64,000 nt of DNA, taken from assembly GCA_020633895.1 (NCBI GenBank), contig JACKCT010000005.1, positions 155,789 to 219,788 on the forward strand. Direction: 5' to 3'. Under the pieces are notes generated by a model. That model searched no databases and was not told the origin of the DNA. It was given only the letters and a program-made list of their open reading frames with translations. Positions within the stretch are counted from its first letter, which is position 1. Every line of letters starts with the position of its first letter. The DNA comes from Deltaproteobacteria bacterium (GTDB taxonomy: Bacteria; Lernaellota; Lernaellaia; JACKCT01). A program made the position numbers and the translations under genes. Shown piece by piece: positions 47,253 through 58,108 of the stretch.

Positions 47253-48188
47253 TCAGCGCGTCAGCGAGTAAATCAAAGCGCCGATTCCCACCGCCGCGCC
47301 GATGCCGACGATGAGCGCGACGACCTTGGCCCAGGACGTGGGCGCCTTGCCTTGCACTTTCCCGGACTGGCCGTTGACGAGGAAGCGATAGACTTCGCCC
47401 TTGTAGCGATAGGCCGCGATCCAGAGGGGTAGCAGGGCCAGATCGTGCGTGACGTTCGAGAGGCGCGTGACGACGTTGACGTTTTGGTATCGGTCGCCGG
47501 GCACCATCGCCTCGCACGCTTCGTGCTCCATGCGGTGAAATTCCTCTTTTGCCGAACGCACCGCCACTTCCAGCGTCGTGGTGGGATTTTCCGCGGCGTA
47601 GCCCATGAGGTATTCGGGGGCATAGGGAACGGCCTTGGTCATGTCGAAGGGCTGGATATTCGTTTCCCAAGCCTGCGTCATGGCGGCGGAGGCCACGACG
47701 AGCAGATCGTCGTACCGGGATTGATGCTGCCCGGAGGCGGGTTGCCAGCGCGTCTTGGTGACGGTGCGATACTCGGTGCGCGATTGTCCCTGGGCATCGC
47801 GCACGGTGTGCGGCTCCTGCTCGGTGTAGTCGTAGCCCGCGTCGCCGGTCCACGACGATTCGGCGTTCGCCCCCACCGCCCAGAAGGGCAGGTACACGCC
47901 CCGCAGATTCTCCACCGACGCGCTCGACGTCAGATCCCGAGGCCGAAACCACCCGTTGCCCAGCCATTTCCAGAAAAGCTCCAGCGCCTTGTCCCGATCG
48001 ATTTGGAACAACACGAGGCGTTGCGGCCGGGGGATGTCCGGCTCGGCGGTCTCGATGACGTGATTCGATCCGCAATAGGGACACGTCAGCGAGCGCGTGT
48101 GGATGTCGTAGCTGATCTGGGCGCCGCAGGATTCGCACTTGAGCGTTTTGACCTGCGTATCAAAGCCGGTCGGCGTGGATTCGGGCAT
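47253..48188 (-). CDS. Zinc-ribbon protein with C-terminal TM anchor, unknown function
   Basis: ATG 48188. 'CESCGAQISYDIHTRSLTCPYCGSNH' zinc ribbon. C-terminal helix 'WAKVVALIVGIGAAVGIGALIY'. Confidence 0.65.
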   Translation of the reverse strand: MPESTPTGFDTQVKTLKCESCGAQISYDIHTRSLTCPYCGSNHVIETAEPDIPRPQRLVLFQIDRDKALELFWKWLGNGWFRPRDLTSSASVENLRGVYLPFWAVGANAESSWTGDAGYDYTEQEPHTVRDAQGQSRTEYRTVTKTRWQPASGQHQSRYDDLLVVASAAMTQAWETNIQPFDMTKAVPYAPEYLMGYAAENPTTTLEVAVRSAKEEFHRMEHEACEAMVPGDRYQNVNVVTRLSNVTHDLALLPLWIAAYRYKGEVYRFLVNGQSGKVQGKAPTSWAKVVALIVGIGAAVGIGALIYSLTR

Positions 48189-48400
48189 GACGTCCTCGAT
48201 GGGCAAGGGGGATGTCGCTCTATCGTGCCGGGAAAATTTTCCGTTGCCAATTCCAAGATCGGGTTCAGCAAGATCGCGCTCGGATTGGAGAGGCGATGCG
48301 TGGGGGTTGGGCCGGGTTGACTCCCACGAGGCATCCGTATTTGATAGGGCACTTTTCTCGCTATCCCGATGCCCGAATGCTCGAAAGGAACGCGACGCCG

Positions 48401-49240
48401 ATGGCCCACGCCGACAATCCCGCCGCCGACGCATTGCTCGACAAGGAATTTCCCGTTCTGGACAAGGGTTTCGTCCGGCTGGTGGACTATCTGGGGGGCG
48501 ACGACCGCATCGTGCAGTCGGCGCGGGTGTCCTACGGCGCCGGGACCAAGACGGTGCGCGAGGACAAGGGGCTGATCGACTACCTGATGCGCCACCTGCA
48601 TACCTCGCCCTTCGAGCAGGTCGTGTTCACCTTCCACGTCAAGATGCCGATCTTCGTCGCCCGCCAGTGGGTGCGCCATCGCACGGCGCGGATGAACGAA
48701 ATCTCCGGCCGCTATTCGGTGATGCGCGACGAGTTCTACCTGCCCGACGTGGACATGCTGCATTTCCAGAGCGAAACCAATAAGCAGGGGCGCAACGAGG
48801 AATCGGAGATGCCCCTGGCCGATCGGGAAAAGATTCACGACACCCTCGAGACGCGCAACAAAGAGACGTACGCGAACTACGAGGCGATGCTGGAGTCGGG
48901 CCTGAGTCGCGAGTTGGCGCGCATCGACCTGCCGCTGTCGCTCTATACCGAGTTCTACTGGCAGATCGACCTGCACAACCTCTTTCATTTCCTGAACCTG
49001 CGCATGGACTCCCACGCCCAGTTGGAGATCCGCCTGTTCGCCGAGAAGATGGCCGAGATCGTGAAGGTCGTCTGCCCCTTCGCCTACGAATCCTTCGAAC
49101 GCAACATCCTGCACGGCGCGCGCTTCACCGCCGACGAAATCCAGGCCGTCAAAAACCTCCTGGACGGCAAGGAGCACGGCCTCAAGGGGCGGGTTCTGCG
49201 GGAATTTCAGGCGAAGTTGGGGCTGGAAGAGCCGGAGTAA
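48401..49240 (+). CDS. thyX: FAD-dependent thymidylate synthase
   Basis: ThyX motif 'RHRTARMNEISGRYS' and 'VLDKGFVRLVDYLGGDDRIVQSARVSYG'. ATG 48401 with AAGGAA upstream; the ORF opens at 48212. Confidence 0.88.
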   Translation: MAHADNPAADALLDKEFPVLDKGFVRLVDYLGGDDRIVQSARVSYGAGTKTVREDKGLIDYLMRHLHTSPFEQVVFTFHVKMPIFVARQWVRHRTARMNEISGRYSVMRDEFYLPDVDMLHFQSETNKQGRNEESEMPLADREKIHDTLETRNKETYANYEAMLESGLSRELARIDLPLSLYTEFYWQIDLHNLFHFLNLRMDSHAQLEIRLFAEKMAEIVKVVCPFAYESFERNILHGARFTADEIQAVKNLLDGKEHGLKGRVLREFQAKLGLEEPE

Positions 49241-49250
49241 GCCGACACGC

Positions 49251-49522
49251 GGGTGCCGCACTTTCGCGAGACTGAAGGTCGAGTGAAGGTGTGAATGTCA
49301 TGAGTCCGGATCGACCCTTCAGAGCCGCGCACGGGAGTAAGCGGTCTAGTTCAACCTGCCACGTCACAAACGATGTTCGAAACGATCATGATTTGATTGT
49401 TCAGCGAAAGTGACGTTCCGGGTCGAGCCGGACCCCTCCCTACCGGTCGGGGCTCTGACATCGCAGGGACGCGAAGCGATTGCTGATTCGCACCCAACCG
49501 CTCACTACCGTGCACGACTCTG
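49251..49522. repeat. Partial R2 copy plus R1 inverted pair and an extra inverted R1 unit
   Basis: gggtgccgcac at 49251..49261. R1 at 49320..49346 and inverted R1 at 49431..49457. Inverted degenerate unit at 49496..49522. Confidence 0.8.
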
Positions 49523-49542
49523 ATATGTCGCAAGCACTTCCA

Positions 49543-51042
49543 TCACCCCTCCGTCGCCTTCGCCGGATACGCGCCTTGGCCGACGCGTGCGAGCACGTCG
49601 GTGAGCAGCTTGAAGAAGGGTTCGACCGAAGGGATCTTCGCGGCCTCGTCGGGGGAATGAGCGTTGATGATGTCCGGGCCGAAAGAGATCATGTCCATGC
49701 CCTTGAATTTCTCGCCGATGATGCCGCACTCCAGCCCCGCGTGAATGGCCTTGATTTTCGGCGCCGCGCCCAGCACCTCTTCGTGGGCCTTGGCGACGAG
49801 CTTGACGATCGCCGCGTCGGGTTTGGGCTGCCAGCCGGGATATTCGCCCGTCACCTCCGCCGGTGAGCCCGCCAGACGGCACACGGCCAGCGTCTGGTTG
49901 ATGACGCCGCGCATGGCCGAGCGCTGGGACGAGCGGGGCGAGTTGCCGATTTTCAGCACCAGCCCGTCGACGTGAGCCGCCGCCACGTTCGTCGACGTTT
50001 CCACCAGCCCCGCGATCTCCCGGCTCATCGCCAGCACGCCGTTGGGCAGCGCCAGCAACAGGTCCAGGGCCTTGTCCCGACTGGCCGCGGTGAACATGCG
50101 TTCGGGCAGGTCCGTCTCGTCGATGGTCACACCCAGATCCTTGTCGTCCGGATACTCGTCCCGAAGCTCCGCCAGCTTGCCCCAGACCGCCACCCGCGCC
50201 TGGGCCAGCTTTTCCTCGTCCACAACCAGGATCGCCGTGCCTTCCCGGGGGATCGCGTTGTGCTTGTCGCCCGCGCGAAAGTCCGCGAGCTGGGCGCCGA
50301 CCTGGTTTTTGAGCGCCAGGATCGTGCGCGCCAACAGCTTGACGGCGTTGCCCCGGTTCTCGTGGATATTCGCTCCCGAGTGTCCGCCGCGAAGACCCGT
50401 CAGATGCAGCCGCACCGCTGTCTGGCCCTCGCCGGGGGCGGTCCATTCGATCGGCAGACGCGTTTCGATGCCCGCGCCGCCGGCGCATCCGATGTAGAGA
50501 ATGCCCGTTTCTTCCGAGTCCAGATTGATCAGGATGCGCCCCTTGACGAGTTGCTCGGAGAGATTTGTCGCGCCGGTCAGGCCCGTCTCCTCGTCCATGG
50601 TCAGCAGGATTTCCAGCGGGCCGTGGGTGTATTTCTTGTCCTGGTCAAAGGCGATGGCCAGCGCCGCCGCCACGCCAAGGCCGTTGTCGGCGCCCAGGGT
50701 GGTGCCGTCCGCCTTGAGCCAGTTGCCGTCCCGCACCAGACGAATGGGGTCCTTGTCGAAGTCGAACTCGGTGTCCGCGTTTTTCTCCTGCACCATGTCC
50801 ACGTGCCCCTGCAGCACGACGATCGGCGCGCCCTCGCAACCGGGGGTCGCCGCCACCGCGATGCAAAGGTTGCCCGCCTTGTCCGAACGCACCGCCAGGC
50901 CGCATTCCTCGGCCCGGGAGCGGATGTATTCGCTGATGGCCGTTTCCTTTTTCGAACCTCGGGGGATCTGGGAGATCTTCTCGAAGAGTTTGAAGACGGA
51001 AGCCGGTTCCAGGCCTTCGATGGCGGATTTGGCGGCGGTCAT
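49543..51042 (-). CDS. pepD: Aminoacyl-histidine (Xaa-His) dipeptidase, M20 family
   Basis: 'LEPASVFKLFEKISQIPRGSKKE', 'VVLQGHVDMVQEKN' and 'TMDEETGLTGA'. Confidence 0.88.
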   Translation of the reverse strand: MTAAKSAIEGLEPASVFKLFEKISQIPRGSKKETAISEYIRSRAEECGLAVRSDKAGNLCIAVAATPGCEGAPIVVLQGHVDMVQEKNADTEFDFDKDPIRLVRDGNWLKADGTTLGADNGLGVAAALAIAFDQDKKYTHGPLEILLTMDEETGLTGATNLSEQLVKGRILINLDSEETGILYIGCAGGAGIETRLPIEWTAPGEGQTAVRLHLTGLRGGHSGANIHENRGNAVKLLARTILALKNQVGAQLADFRAGDKHNAIPREGTAILVVDEEKLAQARVAVWGKLAELRDEYPDDKDLGVTIDETDLPERMFTAASRDKALDLLLALPNGVLAMSREIAGLVETSTNVAAAHVDGLVLKIGNSPRSSQRSAMRGVINQTLAVCRLAGSPAEVTGEYPGWQPKPDAAIVKLVAKAHEEVLGAAPKIKAIHAGLECGIIGEKFKGMDMISFGPDIINAHSPDEAAKIPSVEPFFKLLTDVLARVGQGAYPAKATEG

Positions 51043-51084
51043 GGTCGTCTCGTCCTTGCGTTTGAGGGCGGTCGGTTTGGAATT

Positions 51085-53223
51085 TTATAGCCCGAGGTGC
51101 GTTTTGAGCCAACGCAGGATCTCATCGTACCAGACCTGGGCGTTGGCGGGCTTGAGGATCCAGTGCCCCTCGTCGGGGAAATGCAGCAGCCGTGAGGGAA
51201 CTCCCATGGTCTGCAAAGCGGTGAACACGCCGATGCCCTCGGAGATCGGGCAGCGATAGTCCAACTCGCCGTGGATCACCAGCGTCGGCGTCTTGAAATT
51301 CGCCACGTGCAGATGGGGCGAGGACTTCGCGTACGCCTGGCGGTGCGTGTGGGGCAGGCCGCCGTGCTCGTGCTCGTCAAACCACAACTCGTCGGTGGTG
51401 TAGGCCATGTTTTCCGAATTGAACACGCCGTCGTGGCAGACCAGGCATTTGTAGCGGTCGGTATGGCCGAGGATCCAGTTGACCATGTAGCCGCCGAAGC
51501 TCGCCCCCGCCGCCGCGACGCGGTTCGGGTCCAGGAAGCGGTGCGTCGCGAGCAGGTAGTCCACGCCGCGCATCAGGTCGGTGTAGCAGCGGCCGCCCCA
51601 ATCGCCGGAAATCTGCTCGGTGAAGCGTTGGCCGTAGCCCGTCGAGCCGCGCGGATTGATCATCGCCACCACCGCGCCGATGCCCGCGAAGACCTGGGGA
51701 TTCCAGCGGAAGTGAAAGGCGTCCATGAACGCCGATTGGGGCCCGCCGTGGATGAGTTGGACCAAGGGATATTTTCGCCGTGGATCGAACCCGGCCGGTT
51801 TAATGAGGAAGCCGTGCACCGGCGTGTTGCCCGCTCCGGGGAACCAGAATTCCTCGGCCTCGTTCATTGTCGCGCCGGACAGGGCGTTGGAAAAATGCGT
51901 CAGACGCCGCACCGAGGCCCCGGCGTCGGGCAGCTTGGGCGTCGGGGCGGGACCGGGCCGCGTGCTTGGGCGAATCCCGTGACCGGAGGCGACGACGTAG
52001 AACTCCGGCGAACGGGTGGTCCGTTCGCGGATGACCAGCGCCATGTCCGTCTCCGGCACCAGCGTGAACGACGCGTTGTTGGTGCCGTGGGTGAGTTGAA
52101 AAACCTTGCCGTCGGGCATTTCCAGCCGATAGAGCGAGCAGCGTCCGCGATCCTGGGCAACGAAGACCAAGCACTCCTTTTCGTCGTCGTCGACGATCTC
52201 GAAGGCGTCGGGGCTGCGGTCGAATTTTTCCAGATAGACGCGCGTCTCGCCGGTGCGTCGGTCGTATTCCTTGAGGCGGTGTCGGTCGGCTTCAAACTCC
52301 GGCGTTCCCATCGCCAGGTAGAGGACCCGCGTGCCGTCGATGGAATATCGCGGGTGCGTGTCGGCGGCCTCTCCGGTCGAAATACACACCGCGTCGCCGC
52401 CCGGACGCATTCCGCGCAGCGGCATCAGGAAGACGGACAGATTCGTCGAGCGGGCGACGACCTCGTCCGGGTTCATGACAAACGCAATCTCCTTGCCGTC
52501 CGGCGAGAAGGCGTAGTCCTGCCCCGATCCCAGGGAGATGGGCGGCACGTCCGCGTCCCAGGGCGTCAGGTCGACCAGGCGGCCGGTGGTCGAATCCAGC
52601 AGGAAGAGATGGTTGCGATGCCGGTCGCGCCAATGGTCCCAGGGCCGAAACAGCAGATCGTCGATGAGTCGGGCGGAGGATTTTTCGTTGGCCAGGCCGT
52701 AAATCTGGGCGGTGCTGGGGCCGTTTTTCGGATCGACCGACGCGTTCTTGGGCGGTGTGTAATCCGGTGAGACGATCACCCGGCGCTTGAATGCGATGCG
52801 CCGCGAATCGGGCGCCCACAGCGGCCCTTCGGCCCCGCCATAGCCGGAGGTGAGCCGCCGGGCTTCGCCGCCGTCCGCGGGCATGACCCAGATCTGCGCG
52901 CCCTCTTCCTCGTCCCGATCGCTGACGAAGGCGATGTGGTGGCCGTCGGGGGAATAGACCGGGTTGCGGTGATTGCCCGGCCCGGGGGTCAGTTCCACGA
53001 TCTCCCGCGTGCCCAGGCACAGCCGCTTGATCGTGCGATGCACCTTGTTCTCGGTCGGGTCGTGCGTCGCCGAGGTAAAGACGGCATAGCGCCCGTCCGG
53101 CGAGACGGACGGATCCGACGGCCGCTCCACGGCCATCATGTCCTCAAAACGCAGTCCCCGAATCGTTGACGACTTGCGCGGCATGATCCCCTCGAACCCG
53201 GCGGCCTCGGCGCGCCCGGTCAA
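51085..53223 (-). CDS. S9-family serine peptidase (beta-propeller plus alpha/beta hydrolase)
   Basis: Nucleophile elbow 'GASFGGYM'. TolB-like propeller repeats ('SPDGRYAVF', 'SPDGHHIAFVS', 'SPDGKEIAF'). C-terminal 'HGELDYRCP...FPDEGHW'. The start could be ATG 53184. Confidence 0.88.
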   Translation of the reverse strand: MTGRAEAAGFEGIMPRKSSTIRGLRFEDMMAVERPSDPSVSPDGRYAVFTSATHDPTENKVHRTIKRLCLGTREIVELTPGPGNHRNPVYSPDGHHIAFVSDRDEEEGAQIWVMPADGGEARRLTSGYGGAEGPLWAPDSRRIAFKRRVIVSPDYTPPKNASVDPKNGPSTAQIYGLANEKSSARLIDDLLFRPWDHWRDRHRNHLFLLDSTTGRLVDLTPWDADVPPISLGSGQDYAFSPDGKEIAFVMNPDEVVARSTNLSVFLMPLRGMRPGGDAVCISTGEAADTHPRYSIDGTRVLYLAMGTPEFEADRHRLKEYDRRTGETRVYLEKFDRSPDAFEIVDDDEKECLVFVAQDRGRCSLYRLEMPDGKVFQLTHGTNNASFTLVPETDMALVIRERTTRSPEFYVVASGHGIRPSTRPGPAPTPKLPDAGASVRRLTHFSNALSGATMNEAEEFWFPGAGNTPVHGFLIKPAGFDPRRKYPLVQLIHGGPQSAFMDAFHFRWNPQVFAGIGAVVAMINPRGSTGYGQRFTEQISGDWGGRCYTDLMRGVDYLLATHRFLDPNRVAAAGASFGGYMVNWILGHTDRYKCLVCHDGVFNSENMAYTTDELWFDEHEHGGLPHTHRQAYAKSSPHLHVANFKTPTLVIHGELDYRCPISEGIGVFTALQTMGVPSRLLHFPDEGHWILKPANAQVWYDEILRWLKTHLGL

Positions 53224-53315
53224 TGCGATGCTTGGAATAAAGTCCCGACGACGACTTTAACCGCCGGGCAACCGCCGTTCAAGCAAGCCGGGGCCGGAAA
53301 ACGCTATCGACCTTT

Positions 53316-53459
53316 CAGAGTCCCGAACCGTAGTGAGCGGGTGACGCGGGCGTTGTCGGCAGCGCACCCGATCCGTCAGAGCCGCGCGCGTAAGCAAGCG
53401 GTCCAGAGCGTTCGCCAATCCGAAACGCAGACGACCCCTCACTACTGTTCGGGGCTCTG
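53316..53459. repeat. Cluster of R1 units including an inverted pair
   Basis: Units at 53316..53342 and 53377..53403, and an inverted unit at 53433..53459. Confidence 0.85.
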
Positions 53460-53473
53460 AAAGATTGTCCCGG

Positions 53474-53599
53474 CTAATGATAAATCGCCGGGAGGATCGC
53501 GTCGTTGCCGGTGAAGGTGAAGAAAAGGACGCCCGCCAGCAGCAGCAGGGCGACGACGAGCCAGAAATGGCGGGCCAGCCAGGAGAGAACGGCTTTCAT
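53474..53599 (-). CDS. Small (41 aa) single-TM protein translationally coupled to the SGNH hydrolase gene
   Basis: Its ATG overlaps the upstream TGA (ATGA at 53596..53599). The sequence is MKAVLSWLARHFWLVVALLLLAGVLFFTFTGNDAILPAIYH. Confidence 0.45.
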   Translation of the reverse strand: MKAVLSWLARHFWLVVALLLLAGVLFFTFTGNDAILPAIYH

Positions 53600-54900
53600 G
53601 GGGCGGTCTCGGCCGGTGGGAACAGGCGAGGGGCCAGAACTTTCGCGAGAGCGTCGGCGATCAACTTGTGCCCGGCGGCGTTGGGATGAAACGGATCGGC
53701 TTCCGAGTTCCACAGGCCCATGCCCCGTCCGTCCTTCGGGAAGATTTCCACCAGATCGACCATCGGCCGCCCGGTCGCCTCGGCGACTTCGCTCATGGCC
53801 TGATTGTAGGCCAGGTCGGGCCGGTCGCGAAACGACGCGGCGAAGATGTAGTCCTGACGAATGCGTCGCGCCGCCTCGTCGTTGCCGTTCTCGACGTACA
53901 GTTCCCAAAGCCGGTGCAGCGCGTCCAGGTGCGTCGGATCTTCGATGATCGCTTGCGTGAGATCGGCGATGGCCCCCGTTCGGTTGCCTTCGGCCAGATC
54001 GGTCCGGGCCTTGCCGTAGAGCGCCTGGGCGGCCTTGGCGTCGTGGACTTGCAGGCGGTCGAACGGCAGGTTGATCGGCATCTTCAGAAACACCAGGTCC
54101 ACGCCGCCGTCCCGCGCGAGGTTGTCGATCGCCGTCAGGTTGGCTTTGTATTCGTCGACGCTCACCCGCCGGGGCATCGTCGTCGGATCGAACGCACCGC
54201 GATCCACCACGACGCCGATGATCGCCTTTCGGGCGGCCCGGTAGGCGGCCGAGCGGTTGAGCAGATTCTGCACGGCGATGGTCAGGGGCGAGCGGGGAGT
54301 CCGGGCGCTGTCCGGTCGGCCGTCGTTGTCGAAAAAGCGGTAGCGGTCAAAATCGTTGATGGCGTAGGAAACGGTGATCGCCGTCGGGCGCCACGGCAGA
54401 ACATCGCGCCGGAAATAGCCCACGCCCTGCCAGGAGGTGTAGCCCGGCACGCCGCCGTTGATGACCTCCACGCTCGGCGCCGGTCCGGAATTCGCGCCGG
54501 GCACGAACGTCCATGCCTTCAGCCGCCGCTCCAGCGTCGCCGGATACGCCTCCCCCCCATGCACCCCCCAGCCGAACGTCGGGCTCGCACCCAGGCACAC
54601 CACGCGCGCGCTCGCGGTGGTCGTCGCCGGATCGAATCGTCCCGCGCGCTCGTCGGCGACGCGAAATCGCGCCTTGCCGGTGATGACCGATGCGCCCTCG
54701 AAGGTGATGTCCAGGTCCGCCCGCAGGCGCCAGATCAATTCGTCATCCCGATCCAGCAGCAGCAGCACGCGTTCGAGCTGATCGGCCGGCACGAAGTGGC
54801 GCACCAGCATTTCGGCGACGAGGAACGCCAGCACGACCGCGATCGGCGGCCACCAGAAGCGCGGTCCGGCGCGAAAGGGCGAATTTTCCGTGGGCGGCAT
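53596..54900 (-). CDS. Membrane-anchored SGNH/GDSL-type hydrolase with TPR-like insert
   Basis: N-terminal TM helix. Block I 'VVCLGASPTFGWG'. Block V 'DPFHPNAAGHKLIADAL'. Confidence 0.7.
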   Translation of the reverse strand: MPPTENSPFRAGPRFWWPPIAVVLAFLVAEMLVRHFVPADQLERVLLLLDRDDELIWRLRADLDITFEGASVITGKARFRVADERAGRFDPATTTASARVVCLGASPTFGWGVHGGEAYPATLERRLKAWTFVPGANSGPAPSVEVINGGVPGYTSWQGVGYFRRDVLPWRPTAITVSYAINDFDRYRFFDNDGRPDSARTPRSPLTIAVQNLLNRSAAYRAARKAIIGVVVDRGAFDPTTMPRRVSVDEYKANLTAIDNLARDGGVDLVFLKMPINLPFDRLQVHDAKAAQALYGKARTDLAEGNRTGAIADLTQAIIEDPTHLDALHRLWELYVENGNDEAARRIRQDYIFAASFRDRPDLAYNQAMSEVAEATGRPMVDLVEIFPKDGRGMGLWNSEADPFHPNAAGHKLIADALAKVLAPRLFPPAETAP

Positions 54901-54982
54901 GAGGGGATGTTACGAAGCGACGACGGGGATCGCAACTCGGTTTCACTCGCCAGGGGGGGCTGTTCACCTGTATAACAACCCC

Positions 54983-56068
54983 ATGCCGATCCGAACGATT
55001 CGCGTCGCGCGCTCGGGCCTGCGCTGGTTTTTGCGTTGGCAGGTGCCGATCCTGCTGGCGCTCCTGATCGGCGCGACGGTCGGCGCGGAACTCTACTTGC
55101 GCGGCCAACCCTTGCGTCCCTACCTGGCAGATCTCATCGCCACGCAGGGCGCGGACCTGCCCGTCCATCGGCCGGTGGACAATGTGCATCTGTTGTTCGA
55201 CCTGAAACCCGGCGCCCGGGAAAACTTGGCTCGGCCTCATCGCTCGGACCGCATGGTGACGATCAACGCTCTGGGGATGCGCGACCCGGAACGCACCCTC
55301 GAAAAGCCGCCGGGGACGTTTCGCATCGTCGTGCTGGGCAGTTCGACGACATTCGGCGCCGAAGTGTCCGACGGAGAGACGTTCCCCAACTATGCCGAGG
55401 AAATTCTCAACGCCCGGCGCGACGGCCGCCGCTACGAGGTCTGGAACGCGGGCATCAGTTCGTACACGCCCCACCAGATGGCGGCTTTCGGCCGACGCTT
55501 GATCGAGCAGGGCGCGGCGCCGGATCTGATCGTTTTCCAGATTTTCCTGCTCGGCCCGCGTTCGTTCCTCAACGGCCGCATCAACCTGACGCAGTACCGG
55601 GACGATCCCTCGCTCCTTGACGAACACCTGGTGCGTCCGTCGTGGCTTTCGCGGGCAACGGCGATCGACTTGCTCGTGCGCTCCCGCTTGGCCGGGCTGC
55701 TGCTGGCCCATTACAACCGGGTGGTCGATCAAAAAGAGCGCGGGGCGGCGACGGAGGCGGCGAGCTTTGAGCACCACATCGAGCAACTCGCCGCGTTCGT
55801 GAAGGATTTCGGCGACAAGGTCCGGCTGATGGCGATCTACATGCCGTGCTCGGACGTGGAGGAATTCGGCCCGGCCGGTGAGTTGGTGGACGCGGCGGGC
55901 CTGAAAATGGAATGCCTGAGCCTGCCCGGCGGCGAGATGTACGACGAACTGCTGCATCCGGACGCGGCGGTCTACCGCGTCTACGGCGAGCAGCTTGTGA
56001 AGATGTGGGACGCGCGGGGGGATTTGTCGCCGTCTACAAAATATACCGCGACAAATCCTGATCCTTGA
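54983..56068 (+). CDS. Membrane-anchored SGNH/GDSL-type hydrolase
   Basis: ATG 54983. TM helix '[17 protein letters not shown]'. Block I '[11 protein letters not shown]'. Block III 'NAGISSY'. C-terminal '[15 protein letters not shown]'. Confidence 0.65.
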   Translation: MPIRTIRVARSGLRWFLRWQVPILLALLIGATVGAELYLRGQPLRPYLADLIATQGADLPVHRPVDNVHLLFDLKPGARENLARPHRSDRMVTINALGMRDPERTLEKPPGTFRIVVLGSSTTFGAEVSDGETFPNYAEEILNARRDGRRYEVWNAGISSYTPHQMAAFGRRLIEQGAAPDLIVFQIFLLGPRSFLNGRINLTQYRDDPSLLDEHLVRPSWLSRATAIDLLVRSRLAGLLLAHYNRVVDQKERGAATEAASFEHHIEQLAAFVKDFGDKVRLMAIYMPCSDVEEFGPAGELVDAAGLKMECLSLPGGEMYDELLHPDAAVYRVYGEQLVKMWDARGDLSPSTKYTATNPDP

Positions 56069-57488
56069 CGATATCGGCCAGGCGTTTTTCCACGTACGCC
56101 TTGTCGATGGCGAATTTGCCGGTCATCTCCGGCGCGTCGAACGAGATTTCCTCCAACAGCCGCTCCATGATCGTATGCAGCCGCCGGGCGCCGATGTTCT
56201 CCATCTTGGAGTTGACCTCGAACGCGATGCTCGCCAACTCCTCGATGGCCTCGCTCGGCCAATCGAGATGCACGTCCTCGGTGGCGAGCAGGGCGGTGTA
56301 TTGCTTGATGAGCGCGTTCTTCGGCTCGGTCAAAATGCGCACGAAGTCTTCCTTGCGCAGGGCCTGCAACTCGACGCGGATGGGAAAGCGGCCCTGCAAC
56401 TCGGGGATGAGATCCGAGGGCTTGGAGACGTTGAACGCCCCGGCGGCGATGAACAGGATGTGGTCCGTGCGCACCATGCCGTACTTGGTGGAGACGGTGG
56501 AGCCCTCGATGATCGGCAGCAGGTCGCGCTGCACGCCTTCCCGCGACACGTCCGGTCCGTGGCCGCCTTCCCGAGCGCCGATCTTGTCGATCTCGTCCAG
56601 GAAGATGATGCCCGACTGCTCAACCCGGTCCAGCGCCGTGCTGATGACCGTGTCCATGTCGATCAGCTTCTGCGCTTCCTCGGCCTCGATCATGTCCAGG
56701 GCCTCGGGCACGGGCATTTTTCGCATCTTGGTCTTTTTCGGGAACATATTGCCGAACATGTCGCGGATGTTGATCTCCATGTCCTCCATGCCGCCGGTAA
56801 AGACCTCCACCATGGGCGTGGTCGAACGGTCGGGCACGGCCAACTCCACCTCGGACTGGTCGAACTTGCCGTCCCGGAGCATCTTGCGCATCTTCTCGCG
56901 AGTGCGTTGGTAGGATTCGGCCACGACCTGGGGATCCTCGTGGACGACCGACATCCCGTCCTCGTCGATCGTCATGCCGTCACCGCCCTTGGGCGTGGGA
57001 GCGGGCGGCGGGGGCGGGGGCAGGAGCAGGTCGAGCACCTTTTCCTCGGCGATCTCGGCGGCCTTTTCCGAGACCAGGTCCATCTCTTCGGTCTTGACCA
57101 TGGTGATGGCCAGTTCGGTCAGATCGCGGATCATGGATTCCACGTCCCGGCCCACGTAGCCCACCTCGGTAAACTTGGAGGCTTCGACCTTCAGGAACGG
57201 CGCGCCCGCCAGCTTCGCGAGCCGCCGGGCGATCTCGGTTTTGCCGACGCCGGTGGGGCCCATCATGATGATGTTCTTGGGTGCGATTTCCTCGCGCAAC
57301 TCGTCGTCGACCTGCTGGCGGCGCCAGCGGTTGCGCAGGGCGATGGCGACGGCCTTCTTGGCGTCGTTTTGGCCGACGATGTACGCGTCGAGCTGCTCGA
57401 CGATCTGCCGGGGCGTGAGCTGGGCGGCCAGGTCTTCGTAGTCGTCGTCCGCGGAATTGTTCGAATAGGGAACCGGTGTGTCGCTCAT
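56034..57488 (-). CDS. hslU: ATP-dependent protease ATPase subunit HslU
   Basis: '[34 protein letters not shown]', Walker A '[15 protein letters not shown]', and the ending 'DLSRYIL'. Confidence 0.95.
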   Translation of the reverse strand: MSDTPVPYSNNSADDDYEDLAAQLTPRQIVEQLDAYIVGQNDAKKAVAIALRNRWRRQQVDDELREEIAPKNIIMMGPTGVGKTEIARRLAKLAGAPFLKVEASKFTEVGYVGRDVESMIRDLTELAITMVKTEEMDLVSEKAAEIAEEKVLDLLLPPPPPPAPTPKGGDGMTIDEDGMSVVHEDPQVVAESYQRTREKMRKMLRDGKFDQSEVELAVPDRSTTPMVEVFTGGMEDMEINIRDMFGNMFPKKTKMRKMPVPEALDMIEAEEAQKLIDMDTVISTALDRVEQSGIIFLDEIDKIGAREGGHGPDVSREGVQRDLLPIIEGSTVSTKYGMVRTDHILFIAAGAFNVSKPSDLIPELQGRFPIRVELQALRKEDFVRILTEPKNALIKQYTALLATEDVHLDWPSEAIEELASIAFEVNSKMENIGARRLHTIMERLLEEISFDAPEMTGKFAIDKAYVEKRLADIVKDQDLSRYIL

Positions 57489-57523
57489 GAAATATGCCTC
57501 ATCGGAACGGCTCGGGCCGGGGC

Positions 57524-58075
57524 CTACAGCTCGTCCACGGTAATGTTCTCATTGGTGTAAATGCAGATTTCGCCGGCGATCTTCATGGCCTGTTCGACCA
57601 CGGTCCGGGCGTCCATCTCGGTGTTGCGCACCAAGGCGCGGGCCGCCGACAGGGCGAACGAGCCGCCCGAGCCGATGGCCGCCACGCCGTCGTCCGGTTC
57701 GATCACCTCGCCGTTGCCGGAGATAATCAGCGTGCGTTCGGCGTCCGCCGCGATCAGCAGCGCGTTGAGCTGGCGCAGATATTTGTCCTTGCGCCAGTCC
57801 TTGGCCAATTCCACCGCCGCCCGCGACAGATTGCCCGAATATTGCTCCAATTTGCCTTCGAGCTTTTCGAACAGGTTGAACGCGTCGGCCACCGCGCCGG
57901 CGAATCCGACAATCACCTTGTCGTGGTAGAGACGGCGGATTTTACGCGCGCCGTGTTTCATCACCTGATCGCCCAGCGTGACCTGTCCGTCACCGGCGAT
58001 GGCGACCTGGCCGTTCTTCCGAACGCACACGATGGTGGTGGCGTGCAAGGTCGGCGCGTGGTTCGAATGGGACAT
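57524..58075 (-). CDS. hslV: ATP-dependent protease subunit HslV
   Basis: N-terminal '[25 protein letters not shown]' with the catalytic Thr exposed after processing. Confidence 0.95.
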   Translation of the reverse strand: MSHSNHAPTLHATTIVCVRKNGQVAIAGDGQVTLGDQVMKHGARKIRRLYHDKVIVGFAGAVADAFNLFEKLEGKLEQYSGNLSRAAVELAKDWRKDKYLRQLNALLIAADAERTLIISGNGEVIEPDDGVAAIGSGGSFALSAARALVRNTEMDARTVVEQAMKIAGEICIYTNENITVDEL

Positions 58076-58108
58076 GACGATGGATTCCTTTATTCGGGAA
58101 GCGGCCGA

